A stretch of 55,806 nt of DNA from an uncultured virus (IMG/VR IMGVR_UViG_3300007512_001367). Its lineage: Duplodnaviria > Heunggongvirae > Uroviricota > Caudoviricetes. Below, one piece after another: positions 18,967 to 29,040 of the stretch. The number at the start of each line of letters is the position of its first letter. The stretch's first letter is position 1. The position numbers were made by a program, and so were the translations under genes. The stretch lies in IMG/VR virus record IMGVR_UViG_3300007512_001367, positions 62,001 through 117,806 of that record, one strand, 5' to 3'. The notes beneath the pieces were generated by a model that was not told the DNA's origin, did no database searches, and was given only the letters and a program-made list of their open reading frames with translations.

Positions 18967-19885
18967 TGTTTAATCTTGCTAGTTTAATCATAACACTTGC
19001 TAAATTAATTTCTGGGTCTGCAACAAATGAATGATCTACTAATCCTTGTTTAATAATTAGTACTGCTTTATCTTGTTGATCTTCGTCTTTGGATATAATA
19101 TCTAAATTGTCATATAACCATCTATATATCTCTTCACACTCTTCTGGTCTTGCTTGAGCACATACAAGTTTTCGTGCCTCATTAATTTTACCTGCTTTAA
19201 ACAATTCAACCATTTGTAATCTATAATCTTGTTGTCCACTATCACCACTTGCTGGTGGCATAAGTTTGCCATCTCTGCAATTTTGTTGTATCATATTAAT
19301 ACATTTTCTTAAATCTGGATATGTTGCTTTAACATACGTGTCTAGTGTTTCTAAATCTGGTTCCATTTGTTCTGCAATTAATATTTCTGCCACTCTTGCT
19401 GTAAATTCTGTTTTATCAATTACTTCCATATGGAAACCTTGACATCTACTATGTAATGCTGGAATAATTCTATTTGGATAATTGCAAGTTATTATAAATC
19501 TTGCTGATGTGTGATATGTTTCCATTACACCACGTAATGCCGCTTGTCCATTTGGACTCATATAATCTGCTTCATCTAGTAATACATATTTGTATGCACC
19601 AAATGGCATAATTTGTACAAAGTTATTAATTTTTTCTCTAACAGTATCCACACTATTTTCTCTTGAAGCATTTATTTCTAATATATCATAACCACTTACT
19701 TCAAGTTCGTTAAACAATACTTTTGCTAATGTAGTTTTACCTACACCCGGAGCACCACTTAATAATAAATGTGGAATTGCTTTGTCAGTAATCCAAGATT
19801 GTATTTGTTGTCGTTGTGCATCGTCACGAACTACATATTCTTTTAATGTTTTTGGTCTATACTTTTCTACCCAAAGTTCTTTCAT
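18956..19885 (-). CDS. Sliding-clamp loader ATPase (T4 gp44/RFC small subunit-like)
   Basis: WVEKYRP, GAPGVGKT, EINAS, LDEAD, SRC motif. Confidence 0.95.
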   Translation of the reverse strand: MKELWVEKYRPKTLKEYVVRDDAQRQQIQSWITDKAIPHLLLSGAPGVGKTTLAKVLFNELEVSGYDILEINASRENSVDTVREKINNFVQIMPFGAYKYVLLDEADYMSPNGQAALRGVMETYHTSARFIITCNYPNRIIPALHSRCQGFHMEVIDKTEFTARVAEILIAEQMEPDLETLDTYVKATYPDLRKCINMIQQNCRDGKLMPPASGDSGQQDYRLQMVELFKAGKINEARKLVCAQARPEECEEIYRWLYDNLDIISKDEDQQDKAVLIIKQGLVDHSFVADPEINLASVMIKLARLNNGQ

Positions 19886-19891
19886 TTACTA

Positions 19892-19920
19892 ATAATATAC
19901 AAGTTATTGTTATTTGTCAA
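19892..19920 (-). promoter_or_regulatory. Sigma70-like promoter of clamp loader
   Basis: TTGACA-N17-TATTAT-N6-ATG. Confidence 0.75.
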
Positions 19921-20281
19921 TTTGATCTTGAGCCCAGTCGTTAATAATACCAGATACCTTTAATTTGTAGTTAAAATCCTTATCAACGTCTCGGAGAATC
20001 TTGTTTGCTCTTGCAAGTTGTAATCCTGCTTTAATTGGTATAGGAATACCTCTAATTATTCGTTTCTTTTGTTTTAAAACTGCTTGTAGTCTATGCCAAC
20101 CATCACATAATATATAATAGTTTGAATCTTTAATTTGTGATACTAGGATAGGTTTTTGGTTTTTTTGTTTGGAAAGTTTTTTAATCCAATAACGTTTTTC
20201 TTTGTTTAATGGACGTTCAGCACCTAGTCCTATTTCAGCTAGAGTAACAATTTTTTTAACATCAATTATAATACTTTTCAT
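19910..20281 (-). CDS. ParB/Srx-like domain protein
   Basis: PILV...YYILCDGWHRL. Confidence 0.7.
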   Translation of the reverse strand: MKSIIIDVKKIVTLAEIGLGAERPLNKEKRYWIKKLSKQKNQKPILVSQIKDSNYYILCDGWHRLQAVLKQKKRIIRGIPIPIKAGLQLARANKILRDVDKDFNYKLKVSGIINDWAQDQIDK

Positions 20282-20547
20282 GGAAATATTTGTTGTGTAG
20301 GTTTCCAGCTTTGTTCTTTAGGATAATCTTTTGGTTCACGTAAAGGCCAATCAATTGCACCTGTTTTTTCATACCATTCTTGTACACATTTAGGACTACA
20401 AAAAGGAATTATTTCTCTTATAGGCCAATTGGCGGCGTATAAGGAATCAAACCAATATGTAGCTTTGTCAAAGTGTATACCACATTGTCCACATTCAAAT
20501 TTATTTGGAATATTCGGAAAATTTTGTGTTATGTTCTGGCTCATCAT
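20278..20547 (-). CDS. Small zinc-finger-like protein
   Basis: CGQC...FCSPKC. Confidence 0.55.
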   Translation of the reverse strand: MMSQNITQNFPNIPNKFECGQCGIHFDKATYWFDSLYAANWPIREIIPFCSPKCVQEWYEKTGAIDWPLREPKDYPKEQSWKPTQQIFP

Positions 20548-20905
20548 CTGATATCATAAGAATGTCGTCTTCATCAATCATTCTTATTTCATGTTTAATA
20601 TTATTTTTGTCAACAAGTATAAGAGCACGGGACCATCTGCCATGAGATATTAAAATCCATTCACCTACTTTAACATCTTCTTGTCTTTTTCCAATAGCAT
20701 AAACTTTAGCCCATCGTGGGTGTATGCCTCGAGTCGCTCCATCGTCATCAACTAAAATAAGTCCACCTTTAGTTTTAGTTTCTCCAAATTGCATACCTTC
20801 TACAAGGACTCTTTTACCTAACGGTTCTATTTCTCCATGGTATATGTTTACCAAGCCACCATGAGAGCCAAAACCTTTTGTTTGTAAATCTTCTATTTGT
20901 CCCAT
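20501..20905 (-). CDS. groES: Co-chaperonin GroES-like
   Basis: IEPLGKRVLV, KTKGGLIL mobile loop, VKVGE, EDDIL. Confidence 0.85.
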   Translation of the reverse strand: MGQIEDLQTKGFGSHGGLVNIYHGEIEPLGKRVLVEGMQFGETKTKGGLILVDDDGATRGIHPRWAKVYAIGKRQEDVKVGEWILISHGRWSRALILVDKNNIKHEIRMIDEDDILMISDDEPEHNTKFSEYSK

Positions 20906-20910
20906 GATTT

Positions 20911-20939
20911 ATTATAACTTAAAATGTATTCCATTGCAA
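20911..20939 (-). promoter_or_regulatory. Sigma70-like promoter of groES
   Basis: TTGCAA-N17-TATAAT-N5-ATG. Confidence 0.7.
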
Positions 20940-21653
20940 TGGTTGTTTGGTCCATTTAACAATTGATTCACCACCAAATACATTTTTATATTTCATATTA
21001 TTAAATTGATAAGCATATATTTGATACCAACCCCATTCAGACCCATTTAATTCTTGCTTTTCTTTCATTTCTAAAACATTTTTTAATCGATCTCTTGGGT
21101 GGAATTGAATATGATCCCATATTCTCCATGGTTGTAAATTCTGTGGTTGTTCTTCTAGTTTATGACCAGGACCAGGATTACCACCTGGTGCTTGTCCACA
21201 ATCAAAACCTATAACCCAGCCTTCTTCTGCTAATTTAATATAAGGAGCAAAGTCAACTTTTGTAGAAACTAGTGTATCAAATCTTAATCTTATTATTGTT
21301 TTATATTTTTCAGGTAAACTTGCAACTAAATGTGCGTGTGCAAGTTGTTGATTTGCAGAGTGTTTAAATTGTGTATATAATCTTTTTTTTCTATACATTT
21401 TCCCGTCAGGCTTTTTAGTATATCTTCTAAAAATATTACAGTCAGGCTTTACTTTTACGTCTTCCATAACATGATAATCCCATTTAGGCTCAGGAACAAA
21501 TAAACAATTAGGAACATTAGGCTTTGGATAACCTTCCCATTGTTGAAAGAAGAAGTCGTAAGGAAAAACTTTTCTTTGTAATTCTATAACCTTTTCATAT
21601 TCTGGTGTAAAACTTGATATTCCAGAAACGCAAACTGCTATCATATAGGCCAA
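20919..21653 (-). CDS. Putative glycan-modifying/glycosyltransferase-like protein
   Basis: IAVCVSG start and IIRLRFD motif; glycosylation island context. Confidence 0.5.
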   Translation of the reverse strand: MAYMIAVCVSGISSFTPEYEKVIELQRKVFPYDFFFQQWEGYPKPNVPNCLFVPEPKWDYHVMEDVKVKPDCNIFRRYTKKPDGKMYRKKRLYTQFKHSANQQLAHAHLVASLPEKYKTIIRLRFDTLVSTKVDFAPYIKLAEEGWVIGFDCGQAPGGNPGPGHKLEEQPQNLQPWRIWDHIQFHPRDRLKNVLEMKEKQELNGSEWGWYQIYAYQFNNMKYKNVFGGESIVKWTKQPLQWNTF

Positions 21654-22429
21654 TCCTTTTCTGTAGTTATTTTACCTATTTTAGGATGTGTATAAATTAG
21701 ATTTCCTTCTTTATTCCATACGTGCCATTGTTCTTTTGATCCCCACAAATACTTTTCAAAGTTTATTAATTTATTTTGTAACATTTGTTCTTGCATATCT
21801 TTTAATTCTGTCCAATTTGCTCTAAAATCAATCCATTTAAGATTAAAAATGTTAACAAAAGATGTATTGTTAATTAATGCATCTCGCCAATTATCTTCTT
21901 TGCATAAATTGAAAAAGTTTTTTGCTAAACTAGTTAATCCTGTTTTAGTTGGGTACCATGTGTTAATGTTCCAACATTTTTTAAGAAATTTTAAATTGCC
22001 ATACATAAAAAGGTCTCCCATTTCCATACGATCAATATTAGTTTGTTGTGTTATTAATATTTTTTTATCTTTTAAAAGATTATTACTGAATATAGAGATA
22101 TCTTCTATTAAATGTATTGTATCTGCTCTCGATTTTAATATTTTTTCAAATCCTTTTTCTTTAGCATGATCCAATCCAAGATTAATACAGTAAGGATGTC
22201 CAACATTAATATCTTTTTCTTCTATTTGTTGTCTCCAAATAAAACAATCAACATATTCTTTGCTTTCTTTTGGAATTTCACCATGTCCTACTAGTATAAT
22301 ATATGCATTAGGGTTATGTCTACGCCAATGTTGTACAGTAAAATTAACAGCATCAATTTTATGCTGTTCATCTTTGTTAATAAACACGTGAGATAGTAAA
22401 ATACAATCAGTCATCAAATTTATCTCCAA
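21641..22429 (-). CDS. Putative GT-A fold transferase
   Basis: INLGLDHA...KILKSRAD, GDLFMYG; island context. Confidence 0.5.
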   Translation of the reverse strand: MEINLMTDCILLSHVFINKDEQHKIDAVNFTVQHWRRHNPNAYIILVGHGEIPKESKEYVDCFIWRQQIEEKDINVGHPYCINLGLDHAKEKGFEKILKSRADTIHLIEDISIFSNNLLKDKKILITQQTNIDRMEMGDLFMYGNLKFLKKCWNINTWYPTKTGLTSLAKNFFNLCKEDNWRDALINNTSFVNIFNLKWIDFRANWTELKDMQEQMLQNKLINFEKYLWGSKEQWHVWNKEGNLIYTHPKIGKITTEKDWPI

Positions 22430-23039
22430 ATGTTACTATATCTTCATGAAATAAATCGCCTACGATGTTAATCATTTTGTCGTTAGTATAATATTTTTTA
22501 TAATTTTTGTCTCTGTTAGCCTTTCTCCATTTTCGTCCTGAATTAAATGCTTGAATGCTACACTCAATTTTTTTAAACACTTTTTGTAAGTCTGTTTGCA
22601 TATTATCGTATCGTCCTATAAAATCTACAATCTTTTTGCCATTGCTATACGTATAATATGTTGTTGGTTGAAAATGTATTTCGTCTTTCCATTGACTATT
22701 TGGTAAATCTAATATAAATTCTTCAAAATTTTTATAATTACATAACTCTTTTGCCCATGTTGTTATGTGTCCTTTATCGGATGTAAATTCTATTAATGAT
22801 GATACAAGTCTGTCCCATGGATTTCTATGAAAAGCAAATTTATAATACTCTTTAAAATTTAAATTTTGATATTCGTTGATTATATTTGACATTGGCCAAT
22901 GCCATTTATCGCCAGCCCATTCGTTTTTAACTTTTTTTATTGGCATATTGTCAGCTTTTACTAAAAATTTGTGTAGAGAAGTTGTTGCAGTTTTTGGAAC
23001 GCAGACAAAAACATATTTTTTATCTGAGTTTATGATCAT
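22407..23039 (-). CDS. Sulfotransferase family 2 protein
   Basis: VPKTATTS 5'-PSB motif, RNPWDRLVS 3'-PB motif, HFQP, DFIGRYD. Confidence 0.9.
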   Translation of the reverse strand: MIINSDKKYVFVCVPKTATTSLHKFLVKADNMPIKKVKNEWAGDKWHWPMSNIINEYQNLNFKEYYKFAFHRNPWDRLVSSLIEFTSDKGHITTWAKELCNYKNFEEFILDLPNSQWKDEIHFQPTTYYTYSNGKKIVDFIGRYDNMQTDLQKVFKKIECSIQAFNSGRKWRKANRDKNYKKYYTNDKMINIVGDLFHEDIVTFGDKFDD

Positions 23040-24190
23040 AATAACTTATTAAGTCTTGTAAAGTGTCTTCCACCATCAAAAGAAGTGTTTAACCAAATTT
23101 CTATCATTTTTGTAAGCATTCTCTTATTAACATATTTTGATGGAACTGAAAAGTGATTACAACAATTATGTTTTACGGCATATTCCGCAGTATATTCATC
23201 AAAAGTTAAACCAGAAATTATGCCCTTAACTTTATTAGCGGCAATATTAGCACCTTGTCCTGAGCGACAGAAAGATATACCATGACTGCAATCATTTTTA
23301 TTAATTAATGCTGTTACTTGTGAAACATAATCAGCATAGTCACAAGCCTTGTCTGTAAAAGTTCCAACGTCAATAACAGGAATTCCTTTTTCTTGTAATA
23401 TTTTTATAGTAATGGCTTTAGCGTCAAAACCTGAGTGATCACTTGCTAATGCAATTGGTTTAGAACCAAATCTGTTTATAACTTTGTCTACAAAGAATTC
23501 AAATTGTGCAGGTGTTCCAAGTACGTGCATTTTTTCTGTATTGTGTGCTGTAACTTTTAATTCATCTCGTATCATTAAGTTATATATAGGTGCAATATAA
23601 AATTCATTTCTAACTAAAATATTATTGTCAATCATTTCTTTTGCATATTGTAAAAACATTTTTCCTGTACGGAAATAGTATAAACCTACGTTGGCTTCTT
23701 TAGATATGACTTCTTTTTCAACCACTTTTGTTACTATACCATCTTCGTTGTAATCAGAATAACTGTGATCAGGACTGTTAGCTGTAAATGTTAAAAGGAA
23801 TCCATCGGCATCTTTGTCTATACTATTTGGATTAAATTGTGGTCCAAAATGAACATCCGGTGTGTATATTATTAAAGGTAAATCGTTACTAATATGTTCT
23901 TTAGCAAGTGTACAAGTTTCAAGAGCACCTCGAGTTACTTTATCTATTGTAACTATTGTAATATCATTTCCAAACTTTTGTTTTAAAATTTTATCAATTG
24001 AAAAGTTATAGATATGATCTACTCTTACTATAAAAATTAAATTACATTGAGATAAATCAACTGAATCTAATGCCCAATCAATTACGTGTTTGTTTTTAGC
24101 AAGTATTAAAGGTTTGGGCATTCTATAACCAGCATCAATAAATCTTTGAGCCTTGCCTGCGATTGGTAATAATAAATTATATTTTTTCAT
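23036..24190 (-). CDS. Fusion of sugar-phosphate nucleotidyltransferase and RpiB/LacAB isomerase
   Basis: PIAGKAQRF...PKPLI, VVEK, LGTP; C-terminal ASDHSG, FCRSGQG, AANK, FDGGRH. Confidence 0.9.
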   Translation of the reverse strand: MKKYNLLLPIAGKAQRFIDAGYRMPKPLILAKNKHVIDWALDSVDLSQCNLIFIVRVDHIYNFSIDKILKQKFGNDITIVTIDKVTRGALETCTLAKEHISNDLPLIIYTPDVHFGPQFNPNSIDKDADGFLLTFTANSPDHSYSDYNEDGIVTKVVEKEVISKEANVGLYYFRTGKMFLQYAKEMIDNNILVRNEFYIAPIYNLMIRDELKVTAHNTEKMHVLGTPAQFEFFVDKVINRFGSKPIALASDHSGFDAKAITIKILQEKGIPVIDVGTFTDKACDYADYVSQVTALINKNDCSHGISFCRSGQGANIAANKVKGIISGLTFDEYTAEYAVKHNCCNHFSVPSKYVNKRMLTKMIEIWLNTSFDGGRHFTRLNKLL

Positions 24191-24854
24191 TTTCTTTTTT
24201 TATTAATTTACTTGTTGTTTCGTGTGCATATGACACAGCTTCAACAACTTCTCTATTTGTATGTATGGCGTATAAAAAACAACTAGCAAACATATCGCCA
24301 GCACCAAGTATATTACTATTTGGTACAAATAAAGAGTTGTCTAGTTTATATTTTTTTTCAGTTGTTCCGTCTGAAATTACACTACTTTTATTTGTATGTA
24401 ATATTATCCAACCTTTTGTAAGTTTAGCCATTGTAGTAATATCAGCAAATGCATCTTCGTCGGAAATAAAAAAATAATCTAAGTATTGTAATAAATTTTC
24501 GTCGACTTTTTTACCTGCACATACGTCAGCTGATATTATGCCAGGTAATTTGCTTAAAAAAGTTGTATCTGGTAATTTATTAATATAAAGTGCGTGTGAT
24601 ATTTTTGATTCTTTAATAATAGGGGGTTTAGTTTTTATATCCAATACAGCATTTGAATATCTTGTACACGAATCTCTGTCAACGTAAATTAATGCTTCTC
24701 CAATAGATGTTGGACATAGTCCTACATTTAAATTAGAAGATATACTTTTAAATGTTCTCCACATATTAGCCATAGCACCTAATGTTTGACGTTCTGTCAG
24801 CCCATCAAATATTCTATCAACTGTTAAATGGCCATATAGAGTAATATCGTGCAT
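24177..24854 (-). CDS. PfkB/ribokinase-family kinase
   Basis: YGHLTVD and GAGDMFAS. Confidence 0.85.
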   Translation of the reverse strand: MHDITLYGHLTVDRIFDGLTERQTLGAMANMWRTFKSISSNLNVGLCPTSIGEALIYVDRDSCTRYSNAVLDIKTKPPIIKESKISHALYINKLPDTTFLSKLPGIISADVCAGKKVDENLLQYLDYFFISDEDAFADITTMAKLTKGWIILHTNKSSVISDGTTEKKYKLDNSLFVPNSNILGAGDMFASCFLYAIHTNREVVEAVSYAHETTSKLIKKENEKI

Positions 24855-25405
24855 TAAAATTTTTCCTTTTCGTCTAGTGTATAAACTTTTTTTAGATGTT
24901 CGTCAAAATTATGTTTTGGAATTAATTTGTAATCTAACATAAGATCAAATAATGTCATTATAAAATTTTCACCACTATCAGCATCTATTATATCTGCATA
25001 TTGTTGTACAATAGAAGGAGAATTCATTGGACAAAAACTCCATTTAATTTTTTTCATTATTTCAATATCAAATATATCGTCACCAGCAAAAGCAGTTTCT
25101 TTTAAAGAAACTTTATATTTTTTACATAATTCGTCAACGTATTTTGATTTGTCTGTGTGTTTGCCACCTTTTCTATTAATATAAACATCAATGTTTCTAT
25201 TTTTTGCTATTGCTTCATTAAATGGATCACCAGTTAAAAATACAACATTGGTTCCTAATGCTTTAAATCTTTTAATTGCTGTCCAATCTTTATCACAAAA
25301 AGTTTTCATAACAACATCACCTTTATTATTATAATATTTTTTCCCATCTGTAAGAATTCCATCGACGTCTAAAATTAATAGTTTAATCATTTCTAAATCA
25401 GCCAA
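24854..25405 (-). CDS. KdsC-like HAD phosphatase
   Basis: LDVDGILTDG, FLTG, GDDIFD. Confidence 0.85.
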   Translation of the reverse strand: MADLEMIKLLILDVDGILTDGKKYYNNKGDVVMKTFCDKDWTAIKRFKALGTNVVFLTGDPFNEAIAKNRNIDVYINRKGGKHTDKSKYVDELCKKYKVSLKETAFAGDDIFDIEIMKKIKWSFCPMNSPSIVQQYADIIDADSGENFIMTLFDLMLDYKLIPKHNFDEHLKKVYTLDEKEKF

Positions 25406-25869
25406 CCTTCATAGTAACCATCTTTAAACAGTTCATTTTTTTTATATTTTTCTATATTATCAGAACATACACCGTCACATTTTTTAACTTCTTCTTCAGA
25501 TATTTCATGTGGATGTACTGCTATTGTTCTATTACCACCTGTTTGTCCTGGGTATGCCCATATGTATCCATGAGATGTTATTGTGTAATTGTCATTTTGA
25601 TGCCAAAAACAATGTATGTCATATTTTATTAATTGTTCTAATGCTTTGTAATTTTTTGCATGGCACCATACAGGATTATTTTTTAACCACTCTGGTGATA
25701 TTGCTTCTTGAGGTTCGTCATGCCCAAGAAAAAAGTTTTTGCCATCCCATTTGCAAATGTCAATTTCTACGTCAAAGCCTTTTGTTATTGCTTCTTCAAT
25801 ATAGCTGATAGTATTTTCTCTATTAGGTAATTTACCATTTATATTACCACGGTGTGATATAAGAATCAT
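25393..25869 (-). CDS. Short glycerophosphodiester phosphodiesterase-like protein
   Basis: ISHRG...ENT...DVEID...GHD. Confidence 0.75.
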   Translation of the reverse strand: MILISHRGNINGKLPNRENTISYIEEAITKGFDVEIDICKWDGKNFFLGHDEPQEAISPEWLKNNPVWCHAKNYKALEQLIKYDIHCFWHQNDNYTITSHGYIWAYPGQTGGNRTIAVHPHEISEEEVKKCDGVCSDNIEKYKKNELFKDGYYEGWLI

Positions 25870-25920
25870 TATGTGACTATTTAATTGGACGAAATTAGTA
25901 TATGATCTTTTTTGTTTTTT

Positions 25921-26646
25921 TCATTTAATTCCATTTTTAGCTAGGAAGTTTAAAATGCTTTCCTTTTGCATAGAACCTTTTTTATGACCAGCGGCATGAA
26001 AAAAATAAACCTTTGGATGTCCTCTCATATGAGCATTTTTATAATTGTAATATTCATTCATTTTAGTAATTTTTACATTACTTTTAATTGTAGCCCATAT
26101 TAATATTTCTCCATCGTGGTGATCTAATTTTTTATATAATTCAATCCACGTTTTCATTATGTCAACGGCTTTTTTTGTAAGAATAAACACACCAGGTTGG
26201 AAACCTTTTTTAATTACGTGTCGAAGTTTACATTGTAATAATAATCCTTTATAAAAAACATCAGTTTGTTCTCCAAGTTTTGCGTCTTCAAACGTAGGAT
26301 ACTTACATACTTTAAAAGATTCTGTATCAGGATATTCTTCAAAAATATTAGGTGCATTTGGTAAAGCAAATACATCACTATCTATATACATTATTTGATC
26401 GTACTTGTCCCACCACTTTAGATTTAACCAAAGATCGAATCTTTCAAATGTAGGATGTACATGGTTTAATTTAGGTTCTGTAATTCTAATAAAATCACAG
26501 TTGTATTTTTCTGCATAATTTTTAAAAGATTTAGCGGAAAGGTCAGCCAATTCTTGTTGGTTTGTTAACAACTTATTATATTTTGGTTGGCTATATTTAA
26601 ATGGATCTATAAAATACTGAACAATACAGTTCCGGTGTCCCGGCAT
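25921..26646 (-). CDS. Glycosyltransferase (GT8/GT34-like)
   Basis: IMYIDSD DxD motif, GVFIL, FFHAAG. Confidence 0.75.
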   Translation of the reverse strand: MPGHRNCIVQYFIDPFKYSQPKYNKLLTNQQELADLSAKSFKNYAEKYNCDFIRITEPKLNHVHPTFERFDLWLNLKWWDKYDQIMYIDSDVFALPNAPNIFEEYPDTESFKVCKYPTFEDAKLGEQTDVFYKGLLLQCKLRHVIKKGFQPGVFILTKKAVDIMKTWIELYKKLDHHDGEILIWATIKSNVKITKMNEYYNYKNAHMRGHPKVYFFHAAGHKKGSMQKESILNFLAKNGIK

Positions 26647-26649
26647 TGT

Positions 26650-27039
26650 TTACTCTATACCGTCTAATGCCGCGTCGATACCTTTTTTAGCAGTCTCAGT
26701 TTTTGGTTTAAAAACTTCTGTTTGTTTTTCTAAAGTTGGTTTAGCAACTGGAGTCATTGTTTGTGTTTTAGATACAGGTGCAACTCTTCTAGGTGCAGTA
26801 GGCTTTGATCTTGATGGAGTTTCGTCTACTTTACCTCTTGGTTGTTCATAGTATTTTGACATTACTTCTGATTTAGGTGTGATAATTGTTCCGCCTGGAC
26901 CTAATACATCACCTCTAGCATTAACGTTCATATTACCAATGGCTCTAACACTTTCGTTTGCCGCTCGTAGTTTTTCAATATCAACCATACGACCCTGCAT
27001 GGTTCTATACATTCTTTTTCTTACTGGTCTTCCTACCAT
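26650..27039 (-). CDS. Hypothetical phage protein (late)
   Basis: AGGAG SD and TAAGTA upstream. Confidence 0.7.
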   Translation of the reverse strand: MVGRPVRKRMYRTMQGRMVDIEKLRAANESVRAIGNMNVNARGDVLGPGGTIITPKSEVMSKYYEQPRGKVDETPSRSKPTAPRRVAPVSKTQTMTPVAKPTLEKQTEVFKPKTETAKKGIDAALDGIE

Positions 27040-27065
27040 AATATGCTCCTATTACACTTTACTTA

Positions 27066-27587
27066 TCATCTTAAAAATTCAGTAATATCTAAATTATATA
27101 ATAATGGATTAATTTTATGTACTCCAATTAAAAATAAACAAAAACTTGCTACACTACTACCTCTACCTACACCCCATACTACATTTTTTGCTCGTAGTGT
27201 ATCTATAAAATAGATTAAAAATTGTAGTACACGAATAAATTTTTTCTTTTCAAATAATATATATTCTTGTTCTATTCTATCTCGTTCTTCTTGTGTTTGA
27301 CATTTGTCTAAAAGATATTTTTTAACATCTATTTGGTAATATTCGTCTGGCATATACCATTTGTTAATCATTTGTTCGTCAAAATGAATAGGATTTGGTC
27401 TTTTTGGAACCTTTGATAATGTAGATAAGTTTGTACCTGTATTCTTTATGCTTGAATTATATTGTGTAGGGTCTTCGAAAAATAATTTTGATATATCTAA
27501 TTCTGGATTAGAATATAATAACTCTATTGCATCTTGTTCTGTATAGATGCAGTCACCCGTTTCATTTATTTTTATCTTTTCCGCCAT
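27066..27587 (-). CDS. Stand-alone fragment of DNA polymerase III alpha (family C) palm region
   Basis: ERDRIEQE...WGVGRGSSVASFCLFLIGVHKINPLLYNLDITEFLR matches the DnaE G.GRGS...DP..Y.L.FERFL block. Confidence 0.85.
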   Translation of the reverse strand: MAEKIKINETGDCIYTEQDAIELLYSNPELDISKLFFEDPTQYNSSIKNTGTNLSTLSKVPKRPNPIHFDEQMINKWYMPDEYYQIDVKKYLLDKCQTQEERDRIEQEYILFEKKKFIRVLQFLIYFIDTLRAKNVVWGVGRGSSVASFCLFLIGVHKINPLLYNLDITEFLR

Positions 27588-28194
27588 CTAAAACCTTTGG
27601 ATTGAATTCAAATAGTTTAGCATGAGTTTCGTGGCTTTTGTCAACTGGTATTTTGTTGTTCCAACTAAAATGTCCTGTATAAATGCCTTTGTCAAGTTCT
27701 TCGTCATATGTTGCCGTATCGGCTCTTAACCACCATGGATGAAACTTTTCATATTTTTTTGAAAACCAATCCTTTGTATCTAATAATAACAGTTCTGGAC
27801 TATTTTTGTCAACTGAATATGTAATTCCGTCTCCTTGCCAACTGGAAAGCTCAATATGATTAATAGTGATTATAGAATCTAAAACTGCATTTGCTTTACA
27901 AAAACATACTGCTGACATAATTTGATCGTAAGGAGGTTTTGGTAATTCAATAAATCGATTATTGCTGTTTTTTTTTAAAATATGGTAAAGAGGTTCGTCT
28001 CTCCATGTGGTAATTGTATTTGCAAAAACTAATTCATAAAGATTTTTTAATCTGTCGAAATATTCTGTTTGTTCTTTTAAATTTGCTGTGTGTGGAGTTA
28101 TAAAAAGTTTAACAGTATATTCATTTTGAAATAATTCACCGTCGACAATTATTATTGATTTAAATTTTGTATTCCAACTAAAAGAATTTGGCAT
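27562..28194 (-). CDS. Hypothetical phage protein
   Basis: 210-aa ORF; TAAGTA 6 nt upstream. Confidence 0.65.
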   Translation of the reverse strand: MPNSFSWNTKFKSIIIVDGELFQNEYTVKLFITPHTANLKEQTEYFDRLKNLYELVFANTITTWRDEPLYHILKKNSNNRFIELPKPPYDQIMSAVCFCKANAVLDSIITINHIELSSWQGDGITYSVDKNSPELLLLDTKDWFSKKYEKFHPWWLRADTATYDEELDKGIYTGHFSWNNKIPVDKSHETHAKLFEFNPKVLDGGKDKNK

Positions 28195-28206
28195 TAAACA
28201 TACTTA

Positions 28207-28461
28207 CTACTCAATGTTGACCAAGTCTCCTAAATCTGGTTCACCTCTAGCTTTTTTATGATTTTTATGCCATTGTTCAAGTCTTCGGTTTCGGATTTCG
28301 GTTTTATAGGTATCAAGTGCTTCTTGAAGTTTATACAGGATATCAGGATTGCGGCCAACTCGTCTAGCTATTCCAACTTTTCGTGAAAGTTCTTTTATTC
28401 GTTTATTAATATCAATATCAGACAGTTTTAAGAGATCTTCTTGTAAAGGATGAAAATACAT
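28207..28461 (-). CDS. Small helical hypothetical protein
   Basis: Strong SD AGGAGGT. Confidence 0.7.
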   Translation of the reverse strand: MYFHPLQEDLLKLSDIDINKRIKELSRKVGIARRVGRNPDILYKLQEALDTYKTEIRNRRLEQWHKNHKKARGEPDLGDLVNIE

Positions 28462-28473
28462 TATTACCTCCTA

Positions 28474-29037
28474 TTAGGTATATAATTTACCTACTTGATG
28501 CATTAACACAGTTGTTCCATTATCTGAACTTAGAAACTCATACAAGTATCTTCCAGTTTGTGGAGCTGTTATTGTGTCTGATGATCCGTCACCACCTGTA
28601 ACATTATCAGCTACTATGACAGCAGACGGAATGGTAATAGTATGTGCAACCGAACCGTATGTAATATCTAAAATAATTCTTCCTACTGTTGCCGCCGCTG
28701 GCCAATTTGTAAAAGATAGTGTAATTGAAGCATTAGACGTTATTGTTTGGTAATGTCCATTTGTATGATTTAAAACAATGTCACCACCTGCTGTGCCATG
28801 TGCATATACCGATTCTGATGTGTCTTTAAATTTAGCTCTTAGAACTTCATTGTCCGAAAAATCACTTGAACCGTTTAGTGATGCTTTGTTTGTTTGTAAT
28901 GCTTCAATTTCACTTTTTGCTTCAGTAAAATTATTTTTAATTGCAGTAAAATTGTCTCTAAAACCTTGAGACGAATTGTCTTTTCCTGCTGTAGGATAAG
29001 TTCCATCTACATTACCTGGTACTATTTTACTTGCCAT
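28474..29037 (-). CDS. Probable tail/baseplate structural protein
   Basis: QGFRDNF..IKNNF..AKSEIEALQ coiled N-terminus; follows the baseplate gene. Confidence 0.6.
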   Translation of the reverse strand: MASKIVPGNVDGTYPTAGKDNSSQGFRDNFTAIKNNFTEAKSEIEALQTNKASLNGSSDFSDNEVLRAKFKDTSESVYAHGTAGGDIVLNHTNGHYQTITSNASITLSFTNWPAAATVGRIILDITYGSVAHTITIPSAVIVADNVTGGDGSSDTITAPQTGRYLYEFLSSDNGTTVLMHQVGKLYT

Positions 29038-29040
29038 TTA

